From the IMG/VR virus record IMGVR_UViG_3300046517_002304, positions 186,001-250,000 of that record: a DNA stretch of 64,000 nt; one strand, 5' to 3'. The notes under the pieces were generated by a model. It worked only from the letters and a program-made list of their open reading frames with translations. It had not been told where the DNA came from and searched no databases. Both the position numbers and the translations under genes were made by a program. Shown here in pieces: positions 37,982-46,608 of this stretch. How positions within the stretch are numbered: the first letter of the stretch is position 1; each line of letters opens with the position of its first letter.

Positions 37982-38416
37982 ATGCAGAATCCCACAGAGA
38001 TGATTAAGATTGAGTCTAATGGCACATCTATGTCTATTTCATCGCCGCCGAAAGAAGAAGTCAAAGAATTAATTACGGATGAACAGGTATTAGGTCTTGC
38101 CGATGAAATCTTACAAGATATTAGAGATGACGCTACTTCAATAAAAGACGCTTATGAAAGATTCTTTGATATGGTGATGAATGAAGGCGATGCATCATCT
38201 GCTAGCAAAGAGGCTATTGTTAACTTGCTAAAAGTTAAATCAGAAATGTCAGATAAAAAGATAAAGGTAATGGATTTGTATATGCGAGTTAAATTAAGAG
38301 AAAGAGACACTTTCCCTAAATATCTTGTTAATAATCAAAAAAATACTATCGTTAATGGTATGGACAAAAAGAAACTATTAGAGGAAATAACTGAAGATGA
38401 GCACAAAAATAAATAA
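37982..38416 (+). CDS. Helical hypothetical protein (small-terminase-like size and pattern, tentative)
   Basis: 144 aa, amphipathic helices, late-type promoter, divergent from the gp2-like gene. Confidence 0.3.
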   Translation: MQNPTEMIKIESNGTSMSISSPPKEEVKELITDEQVLGLADEILQDIRDDATSIKDAYERFFDMVMNEGDASSASKEAIVNLLKVKSEMSDKKIKVMDLYMRVKLRERDTFPKYLVNNQKNTIVNGMDKKKLLEEITEDEHKNK

Positions 38417-39710
38417 GATGATGTGGCTAGAAGAAGAAGGACTGGACGCTAATCCCGGCCAACCCGCTCAAAATATGCAACAACAGCCCGTCCCAACAAT
38501 GCCTAATGCACAACAGGCGTCTATGTCTGATCCTAATCAGCAAAAAATTCCTCAGGCTAATCCTGGTGATCAAAAATCTATGAGCGATAATGATAAGGCT
38601 CCAGATCAAGGTCAGTTAGATCCTAATTCTCCTGATATGCCAGAAGAAAATGACGAAGTTGAATTTAATAGCTGGAAAAATGAATACTTTAAGTTAGCCG
38701 TTCAGGGCGATACTGATAAAATGCTTGATTCTATTGATACTATCAGAAATCATGACCTAAAAGCATCGCAAACTAAGTTCGTAGAAGATAATTTTCAAAT
38801 ACTGCTTTTGAGACAGGACGCTAACTTTGACAAGGTTTCTAAAAGTATAAGAAGGTCTATTAAGACTGACGTTGATAAAGACCATCCTGGCGTATCAATG
38901 ATGCAGATTATATCACAAGAACTAGACCCTAATCCAGTATTAAGCGAAATATTAGTTAAGCTATTCGGATTCCATGGATTAAAAGGTGAGCTACATCGTA
39001 AGTTTCTTGCTGCATTAACCGGATCTGTTCAAGTAGGTGGTGGCGCAAGCAAAGAAGATATAGTTTTTAACGATAAAGATTTCTCAATCAATATCTCCAC
39101 TAGAATGGCCAGTGATTTTGGCGAAATTAATTTAGGTAAGTGGTCGTTACAAGATGACGATACGCATAAGTTCCTTGCCGAACCAGAGGTCGCACGATTA
39201 CAAGAAGGTAGCCCCGAAGAGCGCAAAGCACTGATTCATCGTGTTGTTATGTCAAGTATCGCAGAGAAGTTTAAGAAACGCGCCTTTTTAATACATGTAG
39301 TGTCTGAAACTGGAAATGTTTATAGTATTGGATGGGACTTAGGCGATAGTTTACAGAGCGCATATAAAGAAGGAAAACTTATAGTTAAGAGCGATGATTC
39401 TGATGACGCAGATGTTTCCATTAACGAAGCCGGTGAATTAGTTCCTCTTAAGAATTTAGGCATTTACGCTAAAATGCCAGACAGCGAAATAGGCGATAAT
39501 GGAGAAACAGAAGAAAAAACGGTTCCGTTTATTGAAAATAGAAGCGGCACACTTTACTTTGTCGCTGATATGGACACCATGAATTCTATGGGCGGAAATT
39601 TAGCTGGCATGTCTTTCCAAAACAAGCCATATACAGGTAGTCCAGTAGAGTTTAAAAATTTAACCAGATGCATTCCGTCAATGACTGAATTGCTATTAAG
39701 GAGATGCTAA
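38397..39710 (+). CDS. Hypothetical protein with Q/P/D-rich N-terminus
   Basis: 437-aa ORF; no family recognised. Confidence 0.6.
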   Translation: MSTKINKMMWLEEEGLDANPGQPAQNMQQQPVPTMPNAQQASMSDPNQQKIPQANPGDQKSMSDNDKAPDQGQLDPNSPDMPEENDEVEFNSWKNEYFKLAVQGDTDKMLDSIDTIRNHDLKASQTKFVEDNFQILLLRQDANFDKVSKSIRRSIKTDVDKDHPGVSMMQIISQELDPNPVLSEILVKLFGFHGLKGELHRKFLAALTGSVQVGGGASKEDIVFNDKDFSINISTRMASDFGEINLGKWSLQDDDTHKFLAEPEVARLQEGSPEERKALIHRVVMSSIAEKFKKRAFLIHVVSETGNVYSIGWDLGDSLQSAYKEGKLIVKSDDSDDADVSINEAGELVPLKNLGIYAKMPDSEIGDNGETEEKTVPFIENRSGTLYFVADMDTMNSMGGNLAGMSFQNKPYTGSPVEFKNLTRCIPSMTELLLRRC

Positions 39711-40198
39711 TGCAGTATTTTCATAGTTTTGTTGACAGAAAACACAGAAAAGCAATTAAAGAGTTAAAAACCATAGATGAAGTTCTCACTATGGCCGGGT
39801 TCAAGGTCAAGAAGTTTTTTGAAGACAAGTTTGATCCTTATATCTTCGTAGCGTCAAATGCTGATACTCCATTTGGCGGCATTAGAATATACAAGATTGA
39901 AAGCACGATTGCTTATCGCGCCCAAAACGAAGAAAAAACACATCCTTACGGCAAAGCATTTAATATTGACGTTGAAGGAATATTTGAAGACTATCTAGAA
40001 GATGATGAAGAAGGCGATAAAATTGGAGAAATGGTTGCTAAGGCAATAGCAGAAGACGTGCGCTTCTTTTTCAAGAAAAATGCCGAACTATATTCTCCAT
40101 ATGCACAATTTGACAAAGATAAAACGGACAAGCCACAAATTATGACGCCACCAGTTGGTGGAGCAGATAAATTTAGGGCTGACGGCGCTTGGTCGTAA
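39704..40198 (+). CDS. Hypothetical protein
   Basis: 164 aa, coupled to the previous ORF. Confidence 0.6.
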   Translation: MLMQYFHSFVDRKHRKAIKELKTIDEVLTMAGFKVKKFFEDKFDPYIFVASNADTPFGGIRIYKIESTIAYRAQNEEKTHPYGKAFNIDVEGIFEDYLEDDEEGDKIGEMVAKAIAEDVRFFFKKNAELYSPYAQFDKDKTDKPQIMTPPVGGADKFRADGAWS

Positions 40199-40429
40199 TT
40201 AGCGGCCTTTGTTAACAAACTTTTTGAAGGTAATTGGCTCAAAAAGTCCCTTGACTTCTCTAGATGGATCTAGTATAATCTTGTTAACTGCTTTATTGCC
40301 CTCTTGGCTTTTCACTTTACTCCATGCGTTTCGGCGAGTTGAGAGAGTGTACTTTTTAAATGCGGTCTCTAAGGCTTTAGCTATGTCGTCTATCGCCTTT
40401 TTTTGATTATTAGACTCTTGATTACTCAT
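40199..40429 (-). CDS. Small basic hypothetical protein
   Basis: 76 aa; TATATA-N4-ATG upstream; ends ...ITFKKFVNKGR. Confidence 0.55.
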   Translation of the reverse strand: MSNQESNNQKKAIDDIAKALETAFKKYTLSTRRNAWSKVKSQEGNKAVNKIILDPSREVKGLFEPITFKKFVNKGR

Positions 40430-40433
40430 GCCT

Positions 40434-40439
40434 TATATA
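40434..40439 (-). promoter_or_regulatory. Late-promoter-like TATATA
   Basis: 4 nt before ATG 40429. Confidence 0.45.
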
Positions 40440-40608
40440 GTAAGCTCAATTCCAAGCATTTGCCTCCATGAAGGATATAAATATTATAGCACTGCATTTC
40501 CTCCAGTCAGAGCCAAATCATTAATAAGCCATCTCAAATTTATTGCGCATGACAGTATCTTATCATTAGCCGCCGCAGGTAGTAATTCTTTTATACGGAG
40601 TAAAAAAA

Positions 40609-41508
40609 TTGTCAAACCATCTAATTAGCACAAGTCAGTTTCATGAACCAAAAGATTTAGAGCCTTTTTTTGCTCACGCCGATTTAATGGCGAATCCATG
40701 GAAAAAGGCCGACCCCATTTATATGTTGCGTGGTAAGGTCGTAGGACTTGTTTTCTTAGAAAATAGTACAAGAACCAAGATATCTTTTAAGGTTGCAGCG
40801 AAACGGTTAGGATGTCATACATTTGATTTCGGAGTACAACAGTCGTCAATTCAAAAGGGCGAAAGCTTACAAGATACAATAAAGGTCTTGGAGCAATATT
40901 CTGACGCTCTTGTTATTAGAGAAAGAAATCATTCGCTACTTGAGACGTTTGCCAAAACATCAGAAATACCTATTATAAATGCCGGTAGCTCAGAACACCC
41001 TACTCAAGCAATAAATGATTTATATACAATTAAAAAAGAAATCGGCAAAATACATGGAACGAATATTTTACTTATGGGTGACTTGAAATATAACAGAGCC
41101 ATTTTTTCACTAATTAACATGCTAAAGATGTATTCGCATATTAGAATTCATCTTTATTCACCCGCTGAACTAAGGCTCCCCAAAGAATTTTTCTATGAAA
41201 ACATCATCTTTGTTGAGGAACAGGATCTTACAAAGTTACTTCCTAAAATAGATGTCGTCTACATCACGCGCCCGCAAAAAGAGCTATACCCAGAAGGGCT
41301 GTACGAAGAAGTTAAAAATAAATACGTTTTTGGTGAAAAAGAACTTGCTTTATTGGCAAAAGATGCTATTATCATGCATCCATTACCACGTAATAATGAA
41401 ATTCCCAGAACGCTGGACTCTGACAAGAGAGCCGTCTATTTTCGGCAAGTAAAAAATGGCATGTACATACGAATGGGAATTCTCAAAGAACTTATGAGGC
41501 ACGAATGA
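40609..41508 (+). CDS. pyrB: Aspartate carbamoyltransferase catalytic subunit
   Basis: FLENSTRTKISF, EHPTQ, GDLKYNR, TRPQKE, MHPLPR and QVKNG; GGAG upstream of the TTG start. Confidence 0.95.
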   Translation: MSNHLISTSQFHEPKDLEPFFAHADLMANPWKKADPIYMLRGKVVGLVFLENSTRTKISFKVAAKRLGCHTFDFGVQQSSIQKGESLQDTIKVLEQYSDALVIRERNHSLLETFAKTSEIPIINAGSSEHPTQAINDLYTIKKEIGKIHGTNILLMGDLKYNRAIFSLINMLKMYSHIRIHLYSPAELRLPKEFFYENIIFVEEQDLTKLLPKIDVVYITRPQKELYPEGLYEEVKNKYVFGEKELALLAKDAIIMHPLPRNNEIPRTLDSDKRAVYFRQVKNGMYIRMGILKELMRHE

Positions 41509-42056
41509 TCTTCATTCTTTTCGGAAAACCTGGTTCAGGAAAAGGTACGCAGTCTAAGGTACTGAGCGAAAGATTAAAAATTAGACATATCGATGTCGGC
41601 AACATTTTACGACACAATATTCAAAATAGGACAGAGTTGGGCCGCAAGGTTTATGGATACATAGATAAAGGCAACTTAGCGCCAGATGAATTAATTAACG
41701 CAATGGCCGTGGACACAGTAAAAGAAGTCGGCCCCAGTTCCTTTGTCTTAGATGGTTACCCAAGAAATATTAAGCAAGCGGAGTTTTTTAATAATCATAT
41801 TCTTAAAAAGAAAAATGATCACTGTATTGTTATTCATCTAAACGTATCTGATGATGTTGCAAAACAGCACATTTTAGACAGGCATCGTGGCGACGATACC
41901 GAGGATATATTTGTTAATCGCATGAAAATTTATCAACAAGACACCTTGCCAGTTTTGGAATTTTTTGCTAAAATACACCCAGTGCTATCTGTGCCAGCAG
42001 AAAAAAATATTGAGGATGTAAGTAAGTCATTTATGTCATTTTTATACGGCTATTAA
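41505..42056 (+). CDS. adk: Adenylate kinase (short LID type)
   Basis: GKPGSGKGTQ, LDGYPRN and R..DDTED..R. Confidence 0.92.
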   Translation: MIFILFGKPGSGKGTQSKVLSERLKIRHIDVGNILRHNIQNRTELGRKVYGYIDKGNLAPDELINAMAVDTVKEVGPSSFVLDGYPRNIKQAEFFNNHILKKKNDHCIVIHLNVSDDVAKQHILDRHRGDDTEDIFVNRMKIYQQDTLPVLEFFAKIHPVLSVPAEKNIEDVSKSFMSFLYGY

Positions 42057-42068
42057 GAGAGAACGATC

Positions 42069-43196
42069 ATGAAGTTAGAAGATATTTTAAAAGATGTCTA
42101 TTTACAGGGACTAGAAAGTCCCATGGATTCTATAGATGATATAGTTCAGCAGAAGCTTGACTGTATTACTAAAATTTCGTACATGAGAAAATTATTTGCC
42201 GTTCATTTGCGTGAGTGTTTTACATCAGGATATTATGGCGATGCTGTTTTAGCGGAAGAGTATGCGTCTAGCATGTCGCGAATGATCTTCAAAAGACTTG
42301 GGAATTTAAAAAATCTTCTTAACATTGATAAGGTATTAAAAAATATACCTGATGCTGTGTCAGAGTGCATCACAGTTGGTGGTGGGTATTTATCTGGTGG
42401 CGGTGCCTTAAGAGCCATTCTTGGTGGGGGATGGGAAGGCGACTGGGATATTTATTGCTCGCATAAACAAGAAGCCAGTATTGTTAAGTTGCTACAAGAT
42501 AAATATAAGGCCATCGCAAACACCAATCCCACCTATGGAAACTGGGACATTGTTGCAAATGATCAAAAAATACAAATAATAGTCGTTGACAGCCTTCAAG
42601 GCGCTATTTCCGCATTTGATTTAACTATTTGCCAATTTAGTATCTCTAGGTATATTCCATGCATTTCTGGACCAGATGTTGCCTTCTCCGATTTAAGAAA
42701 GAACTTGTTAAGAATTAACCCATCGCTCAGATCTGTGAACAAAGATACCATAGAGCGCCGGATGGAAAAGTATATCGCTCGTGGATTTAGTTGTGCGCCT
42801 GGAACTTTAGAAACTATAAAAAAGTTGGGGTCTGTAAGTAGGGCAGGGAAGGGGTTTCTTAGAGCAACTAAAAAACAAGAATTAGTTCAAGAAAGTCAGC
42901 CGAGTTTTGCTGTCCAATCAGTGCCTCACACTATTTCGGGATTTAGTATTGCGAACACCAATCCAGCCACGGGAAACCCGGGAAGCCTGCAAAACTGGAC
43001 TTTTGACGGCGGTGACGGTTCCGAACCCGGATGGAGCACTCCTGGCGCCTCGCCACAATATGTATCAAATCCTTATGGAACATTAACTACTCCTACACTC
43101 CCTACAGCAGCGGATGGCCCCACACTTGATGTTACTTATGATGAGATTGATGAAGTAGAGTCTGATTATGGTTCAGATTTAGACGAAGTGCTATAA
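42069..43196 (+). CDS. Pol-beta-superfamily nucleotidyltransferase (CCA/poly(A) polymerase head-like)
   Basis: LSGGGALRAIL..GDWDIYC (GG..DxD), AFDLTICQF and RMEKYIARGF; low-complexity C-terminal tail. Confidence 0.65.
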   Translation: MKLEDILKDVYLQGLESPMDSIDDIVQQKLDCITKISYMRKLFAVHLRECFTSGYYGDAVLAEEYASSMSRMIFKRLGNLKNLLNIDKVLKNIPDAVSECITVGGGYLSGGGALRAILGGGWEGDWDIYCSHKQEASIVKLLQDKYKAIANTNPTYGNWDIVANDQKIQIIVVDSLQGAISAFDLTICQFSISRYIPCISGPDVAFSDLRKNLLRINPSLRSVNKDTIERRMEKYIARGFSCAPGTLETIKKLGSVSRAGKGFLRATKKQELVQESQPSFAVQSVPHTISGFSIANTNPATGNPGSLQNWTFDGGDGSEPGWSTPGASPQYVSNPYGTLTTPTLPTAADGPTLDVTYDEIDEVESDYGSDLDEVL

Positions 43197-43219
43197 TTTA
43201 AATTTGTAAAGGATGTTTT

Positions 43220-43408
43220 ATGATTTTTACTTTTTTATGGAAGACCTTAAAAGTTTTTCTTTTTATTTCTGGTTTTTACTTTCTGTCTTATGGAATTGCG
43301 TCTAGTATGGGATGTAATCCCATAAGCGGCGGATGTATCTTTGGGGGTATAGCGTCTATCATAGTGTCATTTTTAATGACTTTGGAAAATCCTGAGAAGC
43401 CAAAATGA
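43220..43408 (+). CDS. Small two-helix membrane protein
   Basis: Two hydrophobic segments; AAGGA upstream. Confidence 0.55.
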   Translation: MIFTFLWKTLKVFLFISGFYFLSYGIASSMGCNPISGGCIFGGIASIIVSFLMTLENPEKPK

Positions 43409-44298
43409 TTACAGGCGAAACATTATTCGGGCTGCTTTTTGTTGGTCTAATGATCTATTTTTTAGTTTTATTCATAGCTAAATCATGCGTTGAGGGGGAT
43501 AGTACGTTTGACTTATCATTAGGCACATCTGGTCCGACCAGCTCCACAGTTGTCCAGAATAGTAAAACTATTAAAATAACGAATGATATTATTAGTGGTA
43601 GTGAAAAGTTTTATGAATCGCCATCTGGGAAATATAAGCTAATTACATGGAATCAAAGTAGTGGTGGCGGAAAAAAGAAATCTCCATCATCATTTGGGCG
43701 GATATTCGCAGACAACTTGACATTTCCTATATCAAATATAGGATTAGATTTTATAACTTTTTGTTGGCTTGAAGATTGCGAAGATGGACATGATTATTTC
43801 GTATACCAAAGCTTCAACCAGAACAGAAATACATCTTTGTATAGTATATGCTTAGACACTGGCTCGGAAGGGAAGCAACTAGATCCTCCTAATAATACTC
43901 ATTTCATAGATATGCTTTTATCGCCTGACAAAAAGAAAATAGCAATGGTCGGGTTCTTCAGCATAAATTCTGTCAAGGCTGTTCCTGATATCGATATTCA
44001 TTTTTATGATATAAAATTTGACAATGGCTTATCCATATGTCATTCGGCCAACATGACCAATTCATTGTGCTACTTTATGAAGTGGCGCAATGATAACATT
44101 CTTGATATGACCCTTATGTCTGAATATGATAAAAAAATGGGCAAGTATCAGGTTGAAATGTCGCAAGCAGAAAAAACAAAATCTACAAATGTTTATGGCT
44201 GGCCAAAAAACCCACAAATAGAAGTAGATGCAGAGTATAATTACTGTGAAAAAAGAGTTGTTAGGGCGTCACCTACGCTATTAACATGCACTGTGTAA
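43405..44298 (+). CDS. Membrane-anchored hypothetical protein
   Basis: N-terminal TM helix followed by a beta-rich soluble domain. Confidence 0.6.
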   Translation: MITGETLFGLLFVGLMIYFLVLFIAKSCVEGDSTFDLSLGTSGPTSSTVVQNSKTIKITNDIISGSEKFYESPSGKYKLITWNQSSGGGKKKSPSSFGRIFADNLTFPISNIGLDFITFCWLEDCEDGHDYFVYQSFNQNRNTSLYSICLDTGSEGKQLDPPNNTHFIDMLLSPDKKKIAMVGFFSINSVKAVPDIDIHFYDIKFDNGLSICHSANMTNSLCYFMKWRNDNILDMTLMSEYDKKMGKYQVEMSQAEKTKSTNVYGWPKNPQIEVDAEYNYCEKRVVRASPTLLTCTV

Positions 44299-44312
44299 AA
44301 GGAAAGATAAAA

Positions 44313-44441
44313 ATGAAAAAAGATGATCTAATTTGGTACACATTTATGGCCGGAATAGTTTTGTTTATGGCAGCAAGCGTATTTTGCTGTTGGTATTTTG
44401 GCATGCCGGTTAGTGATGACTATCTAATCATTTGCCCTTAA
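44313..44441 (+). CDS. Small single-TM peptide (42 aa, below the track cut-off)
   Basis: MKKDDLIWYTFMAGIVLFMAASVFCCWYFGMPVSDDYLIICP*; AAGGA upstream. Confidence 0.45.
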   Translation: MKKDDLIWYTFMAGIVLFMAASVFCCWYFGMPVSDDYLIICP

Positions 44442-44805
44442 GTTCATGAAATCGGCACGCAACTTCGCCGAACACTTCCATTTTACCCATTAGTTCTTGG
44501 AATTGTTTCTGTGATACTTTTTGTAGCTTGACTTTGGCCTTTAATTTATTGAATTTGCCTTCTAAGAATCCATGAATATCATTTTTTTTAATATGGGAAA
44601 TTGCTTCGTTATACGCGGGCAACTTAGCGAAGAAATGCCAAGCAGTCAACATCGCTAAACCGCCTTTTTCTTTTGACTTGCGAGCTATTTTTTCTGCGCC
44701 TTCTTTGCGATTTTTGCAAAAATCAATAAGAATTTGATTTACGTTTTCTGAATCTTCTGCTTTTTTACTTTCGCATAGATTATATTCTTCGTATCGTATT
44801 AGCAT
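44428..44805 (-). CDS. Hypothetical protein
   Basis: 125 aa; TAAATA 6 nt upstream (44812-44817); N-terminus MLIRYEEYNLCE. Confidence 0.6.
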   Translation of the reverse strand: MLIRYEEYNLCESKKAEDSENVNQILIDFCKNRKEGAEKIARKSKEKGGLAMLTAWHFFAKLPAYNEAISHIKKNDIHGFLEGKFNKLKAKVKLQKVSQKQFQELMGKMEVFGEVACRFHELKGK

Positions 44806-44854
44806 ACGCTATATTTATTATAACTACAATCAAAACCTAAATTAAGGAAAAACC

Positions 44855-45202
44855 ATGCTACAAATCACTGATGTCGCTGCGCAAGAGATTAAGAGCGTTA
44901 TGAAGCAAAACAATGTGCCTGATAACACTTACTTAAAGCCCTTTATCCAAAGTCAAAGCTGTTCTGGAACTAGCTTTGGACTTGGCTTTGTGGATACGGT
45001 GGATGCCGACGATATTACGCTAGAAGTTCAAGGCATTAAAGTTTTAATTAATGAAGCAGAGGAGCCACTCCTTAAGTCAACAACTATTGATTACAACATT
45101 GAGAAGAAGGGGTTTGTTTTCAAGAACCCGCTTCAAACCATAAACAATAGTAGTGCTGGTGGATGCGGTAGTTGCTCAACAGGTGGCTGCGGAAGCCATT
45201 AG
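44855..45202 (+). CDS. HesB/IscA family A-type Fe-S carrier
   Basis: MLQITDVAA, CSG.SFGLGF, L..TTIDY, GFVFKNP and Cys-rich C-terminus. Confidence 0.85.
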   Translation: MLQITDVAAQEIKSVMKQNNVPDNTYLKPFIQSQSCSGTSFGLGFVDTVDADDITLEVQGIKVLINEAEEPLLKSTTIDYNIEKKGFVFKNPLQTINNSSAGGCGSCSTGGCGSH

Positions 45203-46017
45203 AATATAAAGTTCATAAGTCCAGTCATCTTGACTTCGCTGGCAGAATCCGTAATGCTAATATAGCCGTTGGCGAACTTTATTTTCATATTTGCGCTTGA
45301 GCCATAGTCTTTATCGGCGTTGTTGCCTTTACTCGGATAAAGCCGCAGCGATTCAGCCTCTGCATCATATTGTCGTTTAATTAAATCGGAGTAAGAGATA
45401 AGACCCGCATCTTTCGTTTTAGTTTTTTCATTTTTATAAAGATGGTATGCCGACACTTTGGCCTCGTTTCTTAGCTCATCTTGCGAAGCATGAATAAATA
45501 CATTATAAAATACGTTAAAGAATATCGGACCTCCTGATACACCAAGTATAGAACTAATTACAGCATGAGGATGCATACTGGCATTGTTGCTTGATAGATA
45601 TACATCTAGTTTTGCCGCGTCAAATCCAGTAGCTTTTTGAAAAGTCCATGAACGTTTTAGTATATCGGATACCTTTTGCTTCATTTCGTTAAATTTAGGT
45701 GTGTTAAATTCTAAAAACCATATAAAATCTAAATCGGCATCTTTGCTATCTGGCCTGACGCTGTAATACGTCTTATCTGCTTTATAGCCCTGTTCTTTAT
45801 TGAACAGGAAATCTTTAATTATACTAAGAACAGCTTTGCTATCTGCGTCTTTTCTTTTGGCCCACGTAAGCACTTTTTTTCTAAAACTAGGCCAGTCATC
45901 ATCGCCGCCCCCGCCCCCACCGCCGTCATAATCATTGTTGTCAGTGTTGTTTATATTTCCTATATCAGAGCCTTTAATAGTGGCGACTGCTTCTAAAAAC
46001 TGCTTAAAGGACTTCAT
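45199..46017 (-). CDS. Hypothetical protein with FKQFLE N-terminal motif
   Basis: Start MKSFKQFLE at 46017, TAATG-coupled to the upstream gene; Gly7/Asp linker. Confidence 0.65.
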   Translation of the reverse strand: MKSFKQFLEAVATIKGSDIGNINNTDNNDYDGGGGGGGDDDWPSFRKKVLTWAKRKDADSKAVLSIIKDFLFNKEQGYKADKTYYSVRPDSKDADLDFIWFLEFNTPKFNEMKQKVSDILKRSWTFQKATGFDAAKLDVYLSSNNASMHPHAVISSILGVSGGPIFFNVFYNVFIHASQDELRNEAKVSAYHLYKNEKTKTKDAGLISYSDLIKRQYDAEAESLRLYPSKGNNADKDYGSSANMKIKFANGYISITDSASEVKMTGLMNFIF

Positions 46018-46550
46018 TACTTGTCCTTCCAAGGCATATCTTTAAATAACCCATATTCATCATCGTTGCCGCCCGTTGGCTCTTGTGGTGTTGATTTTTT
46101 TTGACTTTTATCCATAAATTGTTTAAATGAATAACCAGGAGGCAATTCATTTTTTGGTGGATAAGTGGCGATTACATTATCTCCATGCGCGCTAAAGCCA
46201 AACATTTGTTCGGTTCCGTGCTTAATTTTTTTGAGCACATTGAGCATATCTGATCTATTGATTGGCACTTCAATGAACAAATTGTCTCTAGCTATGTTTC
46301 CTCTAGACATTCTATCCATAAAATAATTAACAATATCCATTACGCCACTTTCTGCTCCGTCTATTTCAAAAATAAAGATGCCTCTTTTGTAGTTGGTCCT
46401 ATATAAGGCGAAAGCATTGACGTTTCCAGCGCCATCAAACGATACGACTCCAGTGTTAGTAGAAATTTTTTTCTCTAAAGCAGGCGTGTAGTTTCTAGAA
46501 ATATCAGCAATTTGGCTCAAGTTCCTGGGTGTAATATTTTGAATTGGCAT
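46017..46550 (-). CDS. Hypothetical protein
   Basis: 177 aa; TAAATA-N4-ATG; YSFKQFMD near the C-terminus. Confidence 0.6.
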   Translation of the reverse strand: MPIQNITPRNLSQIADISRNYTPALEKKISTNTGVVSFDGAGNVNAFALYRTNYKRGIFIFEIDGAESGVMDIVNYFMDRMSRGNIARDNLFIEVPINRSDMLNVLKKIKHGTEQMFGFSAHGDNVIATYPPKNELPPGYSFKQFMDKSQKKSTPQEPTGGNDDEYGLFKDMPWKDK

Positions 46551-46554
46551 GATA

Positions 46555-46560
46555 TATTTA
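46555..46560 (-). promoter_or_regulatory. Late-promoter-like TAAATA
   Basis: 4 nt before ATG 46550. Confidence 0.6.
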
Positions 46561-46561
46561 G

Positions 46562-46589
46562 TTGCATTTTTTTGTTTTTATGATATAAT
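46562..46589 (+). promoter_or_regulatory. Sigma70-type promoter for rtcB
   Basis: TTGCAT-N16-TATAAT with an extended TGn; GGAG at 46598-46601; ATG at 46609. Confidence 0.65.
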
Positions 46590-46608
46590 GCACGGTTGGA
46601 GAAAAATC

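Noticed and set aside
40428-40628. 66-aa ORF upstream of pyrB as a leader peptide or attenuator
   Set aside because: It overlaps both neighbours' starts, and I saw no attenuator hairpin or U-tract; more likely promoter space.
45903-45926. G/C-rich tract as a phase-variable homopolymer
   Set aside because: It uses mixed Gly codons (GGC/GGT/GGG) encoding Gly7, with no long pure run.
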